DNA from: Podarcis tiliguerta
Lineage: Eukaryota
Reading direction: 5' to 3' (one strand)
Length of the DNA: 64,000 nt
NCBI GenBank assembly: GCA_965153285.1
Contig: OZ229118.1
Below the pieces are notes generated by a model. It did not search any database. It worked only from the letters and a program-made list of their open reading frames with translations, and was not told the origin of the DNA. Shown here piece after piece: positions 49,719 to 62,222 of this stretch; position 1 is the first letter of the stretch; each line of letters opens with the position of its first letter. A program made the position numbers and the translations under genes.

Positions 49719-49965
49719 TTTTTAAGGAACTTCTAACAAGATTGTCAGAGGAGAAAAGAAACGGCGCTCCTCATCTTCCTAAAATTGGTGATATTAAAAA
49801 AGCAAGCCGTTATTCCATACCAGATCTTGGAGTTGACGTTGAGCAGGTGATAGGATTGGAAAAAGTAACCAAGAAGAGCAAAGCCAACACTGTTGGTGGG
49901 CGAAACAAGCTCAAGAAGATACTAGACAAAACCCGCATCAGTATCTTGCCTCAGAAACCATACAA
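49719..49965 (+). CDS. RAPGEF2: RAPGEF2 exon (VFKELLTRL...LPQKPY)
   Basis: AG/GT boundaries, phase 1 to 2. Confidence 0.97.
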
Positions 49966-50555
49966 GTGAGTGTGATGCACAGCACCGCAGAGTGTTTTCC
50001 ATTATATCAACTCAGTCTGTAGTTTTATTGTATTGGTTATTGCCTTGAAATCTGCATCAGTATTAGAATTGTTTCTAAGATGTTTTAATGTTTTATCACT
50101 TGTTTGTTGCCCTAGGCTCCATTGGGAGGAAGAGCAGGATATAAATTTAATAAATAATACCATTACCCAATAGCCAGTTGAATCTCTGTGTAGAAATGGT
50201 TCATGAAGAATAAAATAAATACATCAACATTTCTTTTCCAAAAAAGGGGGGGAAGGGCTGCTGGAAATTTTATCACATACTTTCATGTATCCTGCATACA
50301 TTAAAAACAAAATCCTGAGCTTTATTTATAATCAACATTTAGGTGTAACAGTTCCAATCTTGCTGGTACCTTACTAGTGAATATGGCTTTGGTTAAAACT
50401 TCCTGTTGAGTAAGTTTGCCAAAGCAATGCTTATACTTTAAAAATCTGTAAGATGAATGGCTTATGTGGAAATCAGAAATACAGGGGGAAATAAAGCAAT
50501 ATAGGTCACGATAATATAAAAACACTAAATACTTTTGTTTTCCCCATCATCGTAG

Positions 50556-50713
50556 CGATATTGGAATTGGCCAATCTCAGGATGACAGCATTGTGGGATT
50601 GAGGCAGTCCAAGCACATTCCTCCTGCTCTGCCGGTCAGTGGAACACTGTCTTCAAGCAATCCTGACTTAATGCAGTCACATCACCGCATCTTAGATTTC
50701 AACACAACCCCAG
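50556..50713 (+). CDS. RAPGEF2: RAPGEF2 exon ([10 protein letters not shown]...DFNTTP)
   Basis: AG/GT boundaries, phase 2 to 1. Confidence 0.97.
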
Positions 50714-53700
50714 GTAAGTCTCAAATTTTCATGGGTGTCCTTTGGGCTACTTCTGATAGGTGTAAATGGGTACAAAAACTATGTTCCACGAGTTGGGACT
50801 TCCATGTCTGCTTTACATAAAAATACTTCTTCTTTTTTAGGACACATAAATAGTCTGATCTACTGAAATACTCTGTAATACATTTCTACCATTATTATTA
50901 GTTAGCACTTATTTATCATTGTCACTGTGCAGAGAGTGAGGGCATGCAAACCAATGTTAAAAGGACTGGGTAATGAAATGGATGTAGTTGTCCCTGGAAC
51001 CTGAAAATAGTTGAGAAGCAGCCAAAACTAAGTAGAACAATTCAAGGTAGAAATTCTGAATGACTATGTCTTAGGGTGTAGATAATAAGACAGGAAAATG
51101 AATTTCTTCAAACATGGAGTTAGGAGACTGATAAGGAGACACATGCGGTCAATAAGCTTCACATTTAATGAAAGTCCTGGAAGATACGTGGGCATATAGA
51201 TTCCCAAAAGCAGAGAGATTCAGTATTAGTGAACAGTATACAAAGTATTGCTTATTTATAAACAGGAGAAATGAAGTAACTATATTGTGTGATATTACTT
51301 TGTTGATGGTTACATACTAGTATTATTATTTTATCTATTGAAAACCCTTTTTATACCACCTGTCATAAAAATATGCATACCGGGACAGTTTACAACCAAA
51401 TAAAATGGTACAAGCTCATTAAAATCACTTCCAGTATACACTGCTAGGCATTTTTCTTTGTGGTGTTTGTTTTTGAATTGGCTTCTTGTACTCTATTTAT
51501 TTAACATTAACGTATAATGCTCCCTTGAGGGCTTTAAAGAAAGTTGGGCTATAATCTTAAGCCACAATGCATACTTGAAGCTTCAGAAAATGTACAGTCT
51601 CAATAGTTTTCTTGTTACTTTGGACTGTGTTGGAGATGGGGGAGGCATTCAGGAAATCGAATGTACTAGAGCAGAAAGAATTCAACCTGTCAGAATTGCT
51701 GTTCCGTAGAGCTTGGAGGAGCCGAGTAGTGCTTAGGGAGGAACAAAAAAATGCTTGCTGTGTTAAGTGGATTTGTAAATCAACATTTCAGTATGGGGAT
51801 GTTCATGGCAATAGAGATCATGAACTTGCAATAACATTTTCCCATGCAATTGTTCTGTAAGTTGAAAAAGTCAAACTCAAGCTTTGATATCCTTTTCAGT
51901 GTCTTGCCAGACTGGCATTTTAAACCAGAGAACAGATTATTGCCTTGCCTTTTTTTATTTCAGCCTTCAGGTTGCAATCTTATGTAAGATGTTTACTAGA
52001 GGTTACATTTTCCTTAGTTGAATTTGTTAAGAGGAAATGTGCAGTTCAGGTAGAGGGGTCTTTACAAATTAGTTGAGCAAAGGTTTAATATATTAAGATA
52101 TAAAGAGGTTCACACACCTATAAGTGCAATCATACATGTCAACTATTCCATCTCAGTCTTACAGGGAAGCCACTCGGAGGAAAGCAATCCCCAGCAGACC
52201 TCAAATATACCCTAATCTGCACTTAAATTTCACAGTGGGTGGAGATGTAGCTGTGATGCATCTGGAGTTAGGAAGAAAGGGGGAGAGAACTGGTAGAAAT
52301 GGTAACCAGTGGTTTGGTAACATGTCTACAGAACTAAGGGGGAGGTACTGAAGATGAAGTTGGGGAGGATACTCGAGAGCAGGCAAGGACGTGAACGGGT
52401 ACAATGTGATTTTATCCCTTGTTGCTGGGGAATAGAGTTGATTGTGTGATGAGGTTTGTTTATTAGTGCAGAAACCAGCAAGAAAAGAGCGGGTGAGAGG
52501 GCTGAACATTGCTCTCTTCATACAGCCTACTGTTCTCGTTCACACAATAGGTAGGAGGCAAAAACAACAGAAACTGCCAGCTTCATTTCAACAAAAGGCA
52601 GCTGTGGGTTTTGTGTGTGTGTGTGTGGCTTTGCAAAACATGGATTTCCCCCCTGTAGGTTAAAAGAGCAGGGGAATAAAGGACTTTATTTGGGGGTGAG
52701 GGTTAAATTTTTACCCATACTTTACATCATACTACATTTTTATGATTTCTAGTGCTACATTTTTTATTTGAGATTAACCGCAATAAGTAAAAATAAACTT
52801 GCTTATGTCATCCATTATACCTCCAATATAAACCTCTCCCCTTTTGTTGTTTCTTGTTTGAATTTTCATTTTTCTTGATTGCCATTGTCAATCACTCAAC
52901 GTATACAGTATTTTAAGATGAAGGAAAGGAAGGAAACTGAATTTTTTTTTGCCTTGATAGATGAATTGATAAAAACCTGATGACACAACCTTTTCTTGAT
53001 TGTTTACATAATTACCTCAAAAAACAGAGTTTTGAAGAAACATTAAAATTTATTGGTTGACCTGGACACCTTTCTTTCAGTTTGAAACAATAATATTTGA
53101 TAAGTGCTAAAAAATAAAGGTCCATCACCACCCAGTCATCAGGAAATTATATAGCAAGCTAAAAAATTGGGGCCATACAGGCACTAATGAGTATTTAGGG
53201 TGTCTTGTAGGGCAACTATTGAGGCAGGCATGTTTGGTTTATGAGCTCATAATGACTTAAAATGAAGGTTACTTAATCACTCATGCCCTCTCCTATTTGA
53301 AGTTGGCTTGGTTCAGTATACTATGGTTAATAAAAAAATACAGTTTGTAATTTTCTATTTTCATGTCCCCCTTGGAATGGAGGGAGGGGCAAGCTTGAGA
53401 CTCATCATTTATGGATAAACTGCAATTTAGTAGCATGTCAGTATGCAGTCAGTAGTATCAAAGCTGAATGCACTGATTATATACTTTGTGGTTAACTTTA
53501 TAAAAGTTTACAACAAAAAGCCAGCATGCTGGTCCATTTTGCTTTGCTTGGAAATGACTTCTGATCATTGGCAGAAAAAAGAATGATGATCCAAAAGAAG
53601 GATAGTGACTAGAACAATTTCACAGGAAGCAAGATGGCAACTAAAGAAAATTAAGTGTGTATCTGTTCCTATTCAGGTCCTGACTGAAAAATAAATAATG

Positions 53701-53753
53701 TTACTCTATTATATGGTTTATATGCTGTAAAAGGATTTCCCCCCTCCCTACAG

Positions 53754-53994
53754 ATTTACCAGACCAGGTTCTGAGGGTTTTTAAGGCAGACCAACAAAGC
53801 CGCTACATTATGATCAGTAAGGACACAACTGCAAAGGAAGTGGTTATTCAAGCAATCCGAGAATTTGCTCTAACCACCACCCCAGATGCATATTCTTTAT
53901 GTGAAGTTTCAGTCACTCCAGAGGGAGTAATCAAGCAGAGGAGGCTTCCAGATCAACTTTCCAAGCTTGCTGACAGAATACAGCTTAGTGGAAG
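53754..53994 (+). CDS. RAPGEF2: RAPGEF2 exon, Ras-association domain ([10 protein letters not shown]...IQLSGR)
   Basis: AG/GT boundaries, phase 1 to 2. Confidence 0.97.
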
Positions 53995-54149
53995 GTGAGA
54001 CTCGTACATCATCTGCCATTTCAGAATATAATTGAATGTACTTCTTAAATATACTGATTTTTAAATTCTAAACAAGCTACCTTTGCTTTCCATTACTATT
54101 AGTGTTTTCATTTCTAGAAAACTTTATTCCCTCTTCCCCCCTCTCCCAG

Positions 54150-54533
54150 GTATTATCTGAAGAACAACATGGAGACAGAAACCTTGTGTTCAGATGAAGA
54201 TGCTCAGGAATTGCTGAGAGAGAGTCAAATTTCTTTATTGCAACTCAGTACTGTTGAGGTGGCAACCCAACTCTCTATGCGTAACTTTGAACTGTTCCGT
54301 AACATTGAACCTACAGAATACATAGATGACTTGTTTAAACTGAAATCTAAGTCTAGCTGTACTAACTTGAAAAAGTTTGAAGAAGTAATAAACCAAGAAA
54401 CCTTTTGGGTGGCATCTGAGATTCTGCGAGAAACCAACCAGCTGAAAAGGATGAAGATAATTAAGCACTTCATTAAGATAGCATTGCACTGCAGGGAATG
54501 CAAGAACTTCAACTCCATGTTTGCAATAATAAG
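54150..54533 (+). CDS. RAPGEF2: RAPGEF2 exon, RasGEF domain start ([10 protein letters not shown]...SMFAII)
   Basis: AG/GT boundaries, phase 2 to 2. Confidence 0.97.
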
Positions 54534-55521
54534 GTAAACAAGACTAGATCACTCCCCCCCAATGATTTTGCATACAGTTTATAAGAAATAAAGTGTAAAT
54601 AGATGCTTCATAATGATGGTACTAAATTTTAAGAAAGATACTATGTGTACATTTTACTGTTTAATGAATTAGTAATTTAATACTACAATAGTAATATTTC
54701 ATTAACTTAGTCCTCAGCAGCAGCTTTAGACAAAATCCTAATCCAAAAAGAGCAAGACTGGTTGAAAGGCTAGAGGATTCTTCCATGAAAAGCTGTTTAA
54801 ATTAGCATTGCAAGCTTGTCATTGCTAACATAATGATATATCTGATGAAAGTAGACTCTGCTCCATGATCACGTGTGTCATTATAAATGTATTAGTCTTT
54901 GTTGTGTTTGTCATTTTTATAAGCATTTGTTATCTCTAGAAATCAAAATATCCTTTGGAACAGACTTGGAAAAAGCAAAATTACAAAAGAAGTCATTTAT
55001 CTATCTCTGTTTCCACTTAGTATGCAACCATGGAGTATGTTTTATGTGTGAAAGACTGCACACAGTCCTGTATGAATCCAATTCATTTAGTATTATTTAA
55101 AAGGTTTGCATGTTGGCATGCAAAATCCCAGTTATAGGTTACACAGGTTTTTAACTTAATGCTGTAGAAGCTAATTGTTAGACTGTTGGTGGTACAAGGC
55201 AGCCTTAAATCTTTGGTTCTCCTCCTTCCTACCCCCACAAAAAGTACACTTCTGAATTTTCCAGTTACCTTCCTTTTGAAAGGGTCGTTTCAAAACGGAT
55301 TGTCACTTTGTATGAAGCACATTTGGTTGTTGTTGTTTAGGCCTCATGTGACCCTGCTATTCAGCTTTTGAATGCAATTACAATCCCTAGACTGTATTTG
55401 AAGGCTTCCTTGGTAAGGAAACCTTTTCTTTGTTGCATTTATTAGCATTTTCAGCAAGTATTGATAGCATTGGTCTTGACATATTACCATTTGCAACTAG
55501 TAGGCGATGTAGAGGGACTTC

Positions 55522-56163
55522 TGGGACGACGCAACAGCACTCTCCCTCCCTGGCACCGCTGTGCCAGCCCTCAGTTTCCCTTCCCTCAGGTGAATTCCCC
55601 CAATAGAGAATGAACCACGAGCGACAGTGGGTTTTTCTTTGGGGAAAACAGGTTGCAAACAAACTTTATTATAACAGATGTAAACAAGGAGTTTTTGATT
55701 CTTTTTCTTCCACAGAAATGTATCAAACAGTGAGGTTATTCACGGCACAGTGCTCTTGCTTTTTATTAAAACGTATACTGTTTCAAGTTGCTGTATGCTG
55801 TTGAGGCTTAAGGTTACTTTCTTCTACACATCTTTCATAGATCAGACTTTTCCACACACACACTTCAGGAATTTAGGATTTTAACTGGACTGTTTCCTTG
55901 CAGACCCAGAAATCCACCTTGGCCTGGGAATCACTACTGCCCTTTCACGTCAGAGTATTCCCTCTGAGGACCCTTTTTCCTGTAAACACCGTGGGAGACT
56001 GTGCCTTTTCTATTTTAACAGTGTTCTGTGATTCAGAACCTTAGAGCAAGCATATACTGAGAGTTCTCGGCTCTCCTCAGCTCTACCACCTGTCAGAACG
56101 AACCCTCCTGACAGAATCCCCCTCACAGACCGAATCCCTCTCTCAAGCACTCCTCACTCTACA
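55522..56163 (-). mobile_element. Solo LTR (Gypsy-like or ERV), 642 bp
   Basis: TG...CA termini, 5-bp TSD ACTTC (55517-55521 and 56164-56168), minus-strand AATAAA at 55665-55670. Confidence 0.7.
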
Positions 56164-57431
56164 ACTTCATGCCATTTCTACTAAACCTTCCTGTAGTCCG
56201 ATACGTGAACATAGGCAAGATAGGGATTTTTAATCAGTACACTCAGGATGCCCACTTTTCTTACAGTGCTGATGCTCCTTTGGCTTTTCACTATGGGTGA
56301 CAGTGATTTTGGAAAGTTATATTTAGCATCAATTTATAAAAGACTGGGCATGGAACACTGTGATTTGGGGGCATTATTGATACAGTTCCAACCCAGGAAT
56401 TCTTTTAACCAACTCAAATTAAGTAAAATAAGTTACATTGTCTGCCTGGATTTGATACCGGTCACTTTCATGCCTTGTTAAATTTCATGCCTCTGTGTTA
56501 AGTTACTGTAACTTATTCTGCTAATATAACTGATGAAACTTGATTTGGGGATCAAAGGTGGTCAATAATCTCAGGCACCAGTGCTCCAGATAAAAATAAT
56601 TAATGAAAAGGGAAACTAATACTTGTTGTGAAGGGCAGTAAGATTAGAGCATCTGAGAGAGAAAAGTAGATTTGACAGTTGGTGGCCTCTGTAAAAAATT
56701 GTTTGCAGTTCTAAAACATTTAATGTTAGGATCACTGAATTCAGACATTTTTGTTGACCATTTCAACTGACTATGGAAAGCAAGGCTGAATGTCAGATAT
56801 CTATGTCTCGGACAACAGAGGGCTTTTATAATCAATATCACCAGTGCATCCAAATGAGCTGGTTATGTCTCTTCTAAACCTCTGGTAATAACATGCTTCT
56901 TTTGCTAGTATACTAAGGGAATGACTCACAGCATTTTACAGCTGCAGTTTCTGAATAGACTTTACTGTATTACTCATTACAATACTTCCATCTGGCAGTA
57001 ACAAACACTTACTGATCATCATAGCCACATCTTTGTACTAAAAATGGTCCTTGTTTATAGAAGTGTCTGTTGCTCCAACAGTGTTTGGAAAGCAATGTTG
57101 TAATAGATCTGAGAACACTTTTGGTAAGACAGGAAAGCCATACCACTGCTACCATAATCTTTTGATGATTCTTCAACTCACAAATATTGCTTGAACATTG
57201 CAGTTCAGAAAAGACCTACAATTTTATGGTGCATAATCTCTGAAAGCAGTGTTTTTGTTTACCAGTGTCTACATTTGTCAGTTGCTAAATATGATATGGT
57301 ATGATATGATATGCATTTAGTTTTACTTCAGAAGATTGTATACAGGAACATCTGTTTAGGATGCTGCAAATGCAGGTGTCATTTTGGACAGAGATTAAAA
57401 CCCTCAACATCTTTTAAAATTCATTCTTTAG

Positions 57432-57643
57432 TGGCCTAAACTTAGCTCCAGTTGCAAGACTACGAACTACTTGGGAAAAACTTCCAAGCAAATATGAAAA
57501 ATTGTTTCAAGATCTTCAGGATTTATTTGATCCATCTAGGAACATGGCAAAATATCGCAATGTCCTGAATAGCCAAAATCTACAGCCTCCTATTATTCCA
57601 TTGTTCCCTGTAATCAAAAAGGACCTTACGTTCCTCCATGAAG
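57432..57643 (+). CDS. RAPGEF2: RAPGEF2 exon, RasGEF ([10 protein letters not shown]...LTFLHE)
   Basis: AG/GT boundaries, phase 2 to 1. Confidence 0.97.
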
Positions 57644-57765
57644 GTAAATGTTGCAAGTGTTTTTTCTGTATTGACTCTTTGGTGATGGCAACACGTGTGT
57701 TTTTACTTTCACTGACCAATGGCAGAGTACTATAGTTATTTCCTATCATTCTTTTGGCAATGTAG

Positions 57766-57889
57766 GGAATGATTCCAAAGTGGAAGGTTTGGTCAATTTT
57801 GAGAAATTACGAATGATCGCAAAAGAGATTCGCCATGTGGGTCGAATGGCTTCTGTTAACATGGATCCTGCTTTAATGTTCAGGACTAG
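57766..57889 (+). CDS. RAPGEF2: RAPGEF2 exon, RasGEF ([14 protein letters not shown]...LMFRT)
   Basis: AG/GT boundaries, phase 1 to 2. Confidence 0.97.
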
Positions 57890-58469
57890 GTGAGTTCTTT
57901 TGACCAAAGACTAATGCAGTTGAAGTGTGAAATAAAAATTATTGAGCTAGTGTTTAATGCTTGCATTCAGAGAACAAGGGTAAGACATAGAATTGTCTTT
58001 ATTTCTCCAGCTAATTAGCTGCAAGTTATTTGACAGCAATCAGATATTCTCTTTACATATCAGCCTGAAAGTAAGCAGTTGTCTTTTCATCAAGATGAGT
58101 AACACAATTCATCTGTGTTGTCCTCTTGATATCTACGCCAAGCTTCCTAAAGTTCATGACAAATGAGCATTGCCCAATCATAGCAAGTAGACCCTGCTTG
58201 CTTTTTCCCCAGAATTTGATTCTTCCTCACCATTCTACGCAACACTTTTTCTTACAATGGTTTTGTTTTATTTCTACACATGTGCATTCATGAAGGATAT
58301 TCTACTATTACAAATATACTGCTAACACAAATGAATTCAAACACAAACATACATGAGATTTGTTTTGATCTTAGCTTTGTATTTTGTTCTTGCATTACAA
58401 GTTATTTGGGCTTTTGTGCCAATAGTGAGTTCTAAATAAGATCACCATGTTTCCTTTTAAATTCATATG

Positions 58470-58631
58470 AACACATAGGAGGCTGCCTTATACTGAGTCA
58501 GACCACTGACTAGCAGTGGCTGTCTAGTATTTTAGACAGGGCTCCTTTCCCAACCCTGCCTGTCAGTCCCAAGGATTGGACCTGGGGCTTTCTCCATGCA
58601 AAGCACATGATCTACCACTGAGCTACAGCCC
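58470..58631 (-). mobile_element. Squam3-like SINE with internal deletion
   Basis: CATAGGAGGCTGCCTTATACTGAGTCAGACCA...CTACCACTGAGCTACAGCCC (reverse complement of a tRNA-like head). Confidence 0.7.
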
Positions 58632-59448
58632 TTTCCCCAAAAAGCAACTAACAAGAAAAGCAGTTCAAGAGTTCAGTGTTGAAGACTGCTTCAGAAATCT
58701 CATAGTATAACTTAAACTATTATAATAAGTATGACGCATACACTTGCTAGACTGAAGCCATTGTTTTGCAAGTTTTGAGTTTTAAGAAATATTCAAGTAA
58801 TGCATTTCCCCTCTTGTCTGGTCTGTAATTATAATGTTGGGCAAATTAACTTATTCACAGGGGTGGGTAAGTGTTGCAACCAAGCAAATGCCCCCATCAG
58901 GAAAAGGCAGTACAGATGGAAATGGCTCTTGCCTGTCATTGCGTAATTTATGTTACGTTCATTGTTTAAAGGTCATGGAGAACAAGAGAAATAATAGATA
59001 TTTAATCACTAGTCTTATTCTTACTTAGATAAAATAGATATAAGCAGAGTTTGCATTGAATCAGTTGGGATAGTTAAAATATCCCCTTTGGTTCAATGTA
59101 TAGGAAATGCATATTGAATGAATAAATGTTTTAAAAGGAAATTATATTATGTGAAAGCTGAAAAGCAGAAAGAGGATAGAAACAAAATTCACTCCAGATT
59201 TTAGAACACTGTTTTACGCTAAAGGTGTAAGTAATCCAAGATGAATTCAGTTTAGTGTGAAATGAGCTTTAATCTTATGGGCACTCTATAGACACCTATT
59301 TAATGTATTATGCTGACTGACTGAGAGAAGGCTGTTCTGGGCTTTCTGGTACTGCTTGTCCTGAAGTCTGATCCTTTCTTTCTGAGCTTATAATCTCTCT
59401 GTCTCTTCCTTAAATCCATGCTTCAATACTCATGGCTCTCACTTGCAG

Positions 59449-59472
59449 GAAGAAGAAGTGGAGGAGTTTGGG
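59449..59472 (+). CDS. RAPGEF2: RAPGEF2 24-nt microexon ((R)KKKWRSL(G))
   Basis: TTGCAG|GAAGAAGAAGTGGAGGAGTTTGGG|GTAAGT. Symmetric phase 2. The peptide is present in human RAPGEF2. Confidence 0.93.
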
Positions 59473-60024
59473 GTAAGTGGTTGGAGAGAACACATACAGA
59501 CAAACTTCCTTTTCTGAAAATCTGCATTGTTTCCTACCTGCTTCCCTTAATTTTCTGGTGCTCTGGCATTTTCCTCCTTTTGTTAACCCTTCTGTACCTG
59601 CATCAGATTTAATCCAGTGCTGCTTTTGCTTGAGGTTATAAACCCAAGAGCTGTGAAACGTTAAAGAAGTGCAAAGCGGTGAGATTCATTGGTTTGATCT
59701 AGAATTCATAAAATTGCCTCATATATGTTAGGGATAATGTGAGTTGAGTGGATATAATTTGTCCATGCAAAAGAATTTTCTATGTGGTCTTAAGGACTGA
59801 GCATATCTCAACAACATTTTGTACATTATCCAGCAAGTATACATATTCTCTAGCAGACCTCAAGGAATGTGCATATCATGACAGGTTTTTCCCCACATTC
59901 TTTGGGAATATTCACACAGAATTCACAGGGGACACTGTTCCAACACAAGCACTACATACATACATACATACAACAATATATGTGTTTGGATGCATAAGAA
60001 GGTGTAAGGAATAAAGTGTGAGTG

Positions 60025-60026
<2 letters not shown>

Positions 60027-60066
<40 letters not shown>
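60027..60066. repeat. (CT)n(CA)n microsatellite
   Basis: Direct reading. Confidence 0.9.
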
Positions 60067-61351
60067 CCCCCCCTCTACTTCTACCTGTCTTTCCATCCCA
60101 CATAAAGACACTGTGAACTTCTGTGTGAATGAATTAACACTTATACCCCTCAGCTCCCAGTCCATTTGCATACACTCACCTCCCATGTATCCATTAACAT
60201 CGCTGAACAGTGGGGAAACAGCTGGGTTGTGGAGAAGAGATGCCAGAGTCAGTTGGTTGTGCAGAACAGCTGAGCGGCATGGAAAAGAGGACATACTATT
60301 GTAGAGTATATCCAGTGACAGGATAACATGAATATTGCTCAAAGAATGTAAAAAATGATGCTGAGATGCTGAGAAAAATGATCATGTTTTTGAGAGTACA
60401 CGTATCGGCCAGGAAATATGCACAATTTTATCTTTATGGACAGTTGAGGTGCACATTCTCCATGAGTCATGATGAATGTGCACAATGGCTGGCTGTTATG
60501 CAGATTAGCCTCTCAGCTTGCATTATCCCTAACATATGTACATATGTAACCAGTCTCAATGGGAAGAGTATACCAAAATGGGGTTACATGATGGTGGTTC
60601 AGATAAAAATAAGCAGTAAATTTATACGCCACACAAGTTAATAGAACCAACCAAATCCACAAATTTTATTCCAATGTTGTGACTTTTAACAGCTCAACTA
60701 ACTAAATTTTCTTTCTACAAACCAGCCTTCATTATTGCTGTTAACATATTAAAAGCAAAATAGCTCCCATACATAAACACATCCAAATTTGCATGCTTCC
60801 TCATTAACTAATTGAACGTTTTTATTTAACATGAAGTCCTATTTAAGGCGAGGGAAGTGGGGAATGAAAATGCAGTAGACTTTTTGGCACATTGCAGATG
60901 GAATTAAGTGTTTTAATAGAGGCACCTGAAAAGTACAAAGTGGACATTTCCTGCTTGATTTTGAGAGTAGTGGATTTTGAGTTTCAGGAGGCTTGACCTC
61001 TGTTTACTGGTCTGAGACACCTTGCTGCATGAGCCTGCCTTAATATTTCTGTCCTTGTAATACTCAAGGCTACTGGGAGAGAGTTTAACCATTTTCCCAA
61101 TGACATGGAATTTCATACTTGGAGCAGAGTAATTCTCAGGGGCTGACTTTAATGAATCCATATTCACAATTGCAACTGATTGTTGTTCTTTATTTTTATC
61201 CTTTTCCTATTGTAGCTGTATGACTTACTTGAATGAGGCATGTAAGCTTTGACCATAGACTGACATTCATGCAGACCTTTGCATGTTTCAAGTCATTGAA
61301 GGATGCAGCGATGAGCTAAGTTACATGTCATCTTGTCTCTCTTCACCCCAG

Positions 61352-61575
61352 GTCTCTCAGTCAAGGCAGTACAAATGCAGCAGTCCTTGATGTTGCACAA
61401 ACAGGTGGACATAAAAAGCGGGTCCGCCGCAGCTCCTTCCTCAATGCCAAAAAGCTATATGAAGATGCTCAGATGGCTCGGAAAGTCAAGCAGTATCTCT
61501 CCAATTTGGATCTGGAAATGGATGAAGAGAGCCTTCAGGCACTCTCTCTACAATGTGAACCAGCCAGCAATACAT
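61352..61575 (+). CDS. RAPGEF2: RAPGEF2 exon ([10 protein letters not shown]...CEPASNT)
   Basis: AG/GT boundaries, phase 2 to 1. Confidence 0.97.
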
Positions 61576-62036
61576 GTGAGCATTTTTCTTAGTTGGGTGT
61601 GCACCTTAGTCATGGCAAATGAGCTGTTAATTTATCATTATTTAGCCTACAGCTTAACTGTCCCTCAGGCTTAGGCTTGGCCACAGCATCATTGAGAGAA
61701 GTATGTGTTTCTAATCAAGCTGATCGCTAGAAAACAAGTTATTCCATGCCATTGCAAATTGTAGGCAATATTACAGTTGGCATATGTGGTACGTGTTTCT
61801 TAAATGGCATACATTACCTAATTGGCTCTCCAACTGCTGATTAGGGCATCATTTTACTATAGTTTGTGGTAGTATATTATAGCTGAATGAGAGGACTAAA
61901 AAATTCCAAGGTTTTTCAACCAAGAGAGGATATCTCTTTTCCATCATTGATCATTCTTCCGGACACCATTTAATATAAAATCAAGTACTCTTGAGGTAGT
62001 CTTAACTGTAATCTTAATTCTACTTTTTATTTAAAG

Positions 62037-62222
62037 TACCCAAGACTCCAGGGGAAAAACGGTCTGGAAAACCTGAAACATCCCCAGTCGCACATAGGTC
62101 AGGTATCCAGCAGAAAGTGCAGCAGCAACAGCAGCACAAAGCAAACCAAGCACTGCAGGTTCCTGCTGTATCACTTTATCCCTCTCGTAAGAAAGTACCA
62201 GTCAAAGACCTTCCACCCTTTG
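62037..62222 (+). CDS. RAPGEF2: RAPGEF2 exon (LPKTPGEKR...VKDLPPF)
   Basis: AAG acceptor, TTG|GTAAGT donor, phase 1 to 1. Short Gln-rich tract. Confidence 0.95.

Noticed and set aside
55508-55514. TGTAGAG as the left LTR end (inverted match to CTCTACA)
   Set aside because: No TSD at that boundary, whereas 55522 gives a perfect 5-bp TSD.
61333-61674. 113-aa ORF as an independent gene
   Set aside because: An alternative frame of a RAPGEF2 exon. Relevant only if the 26-nt exon is real.
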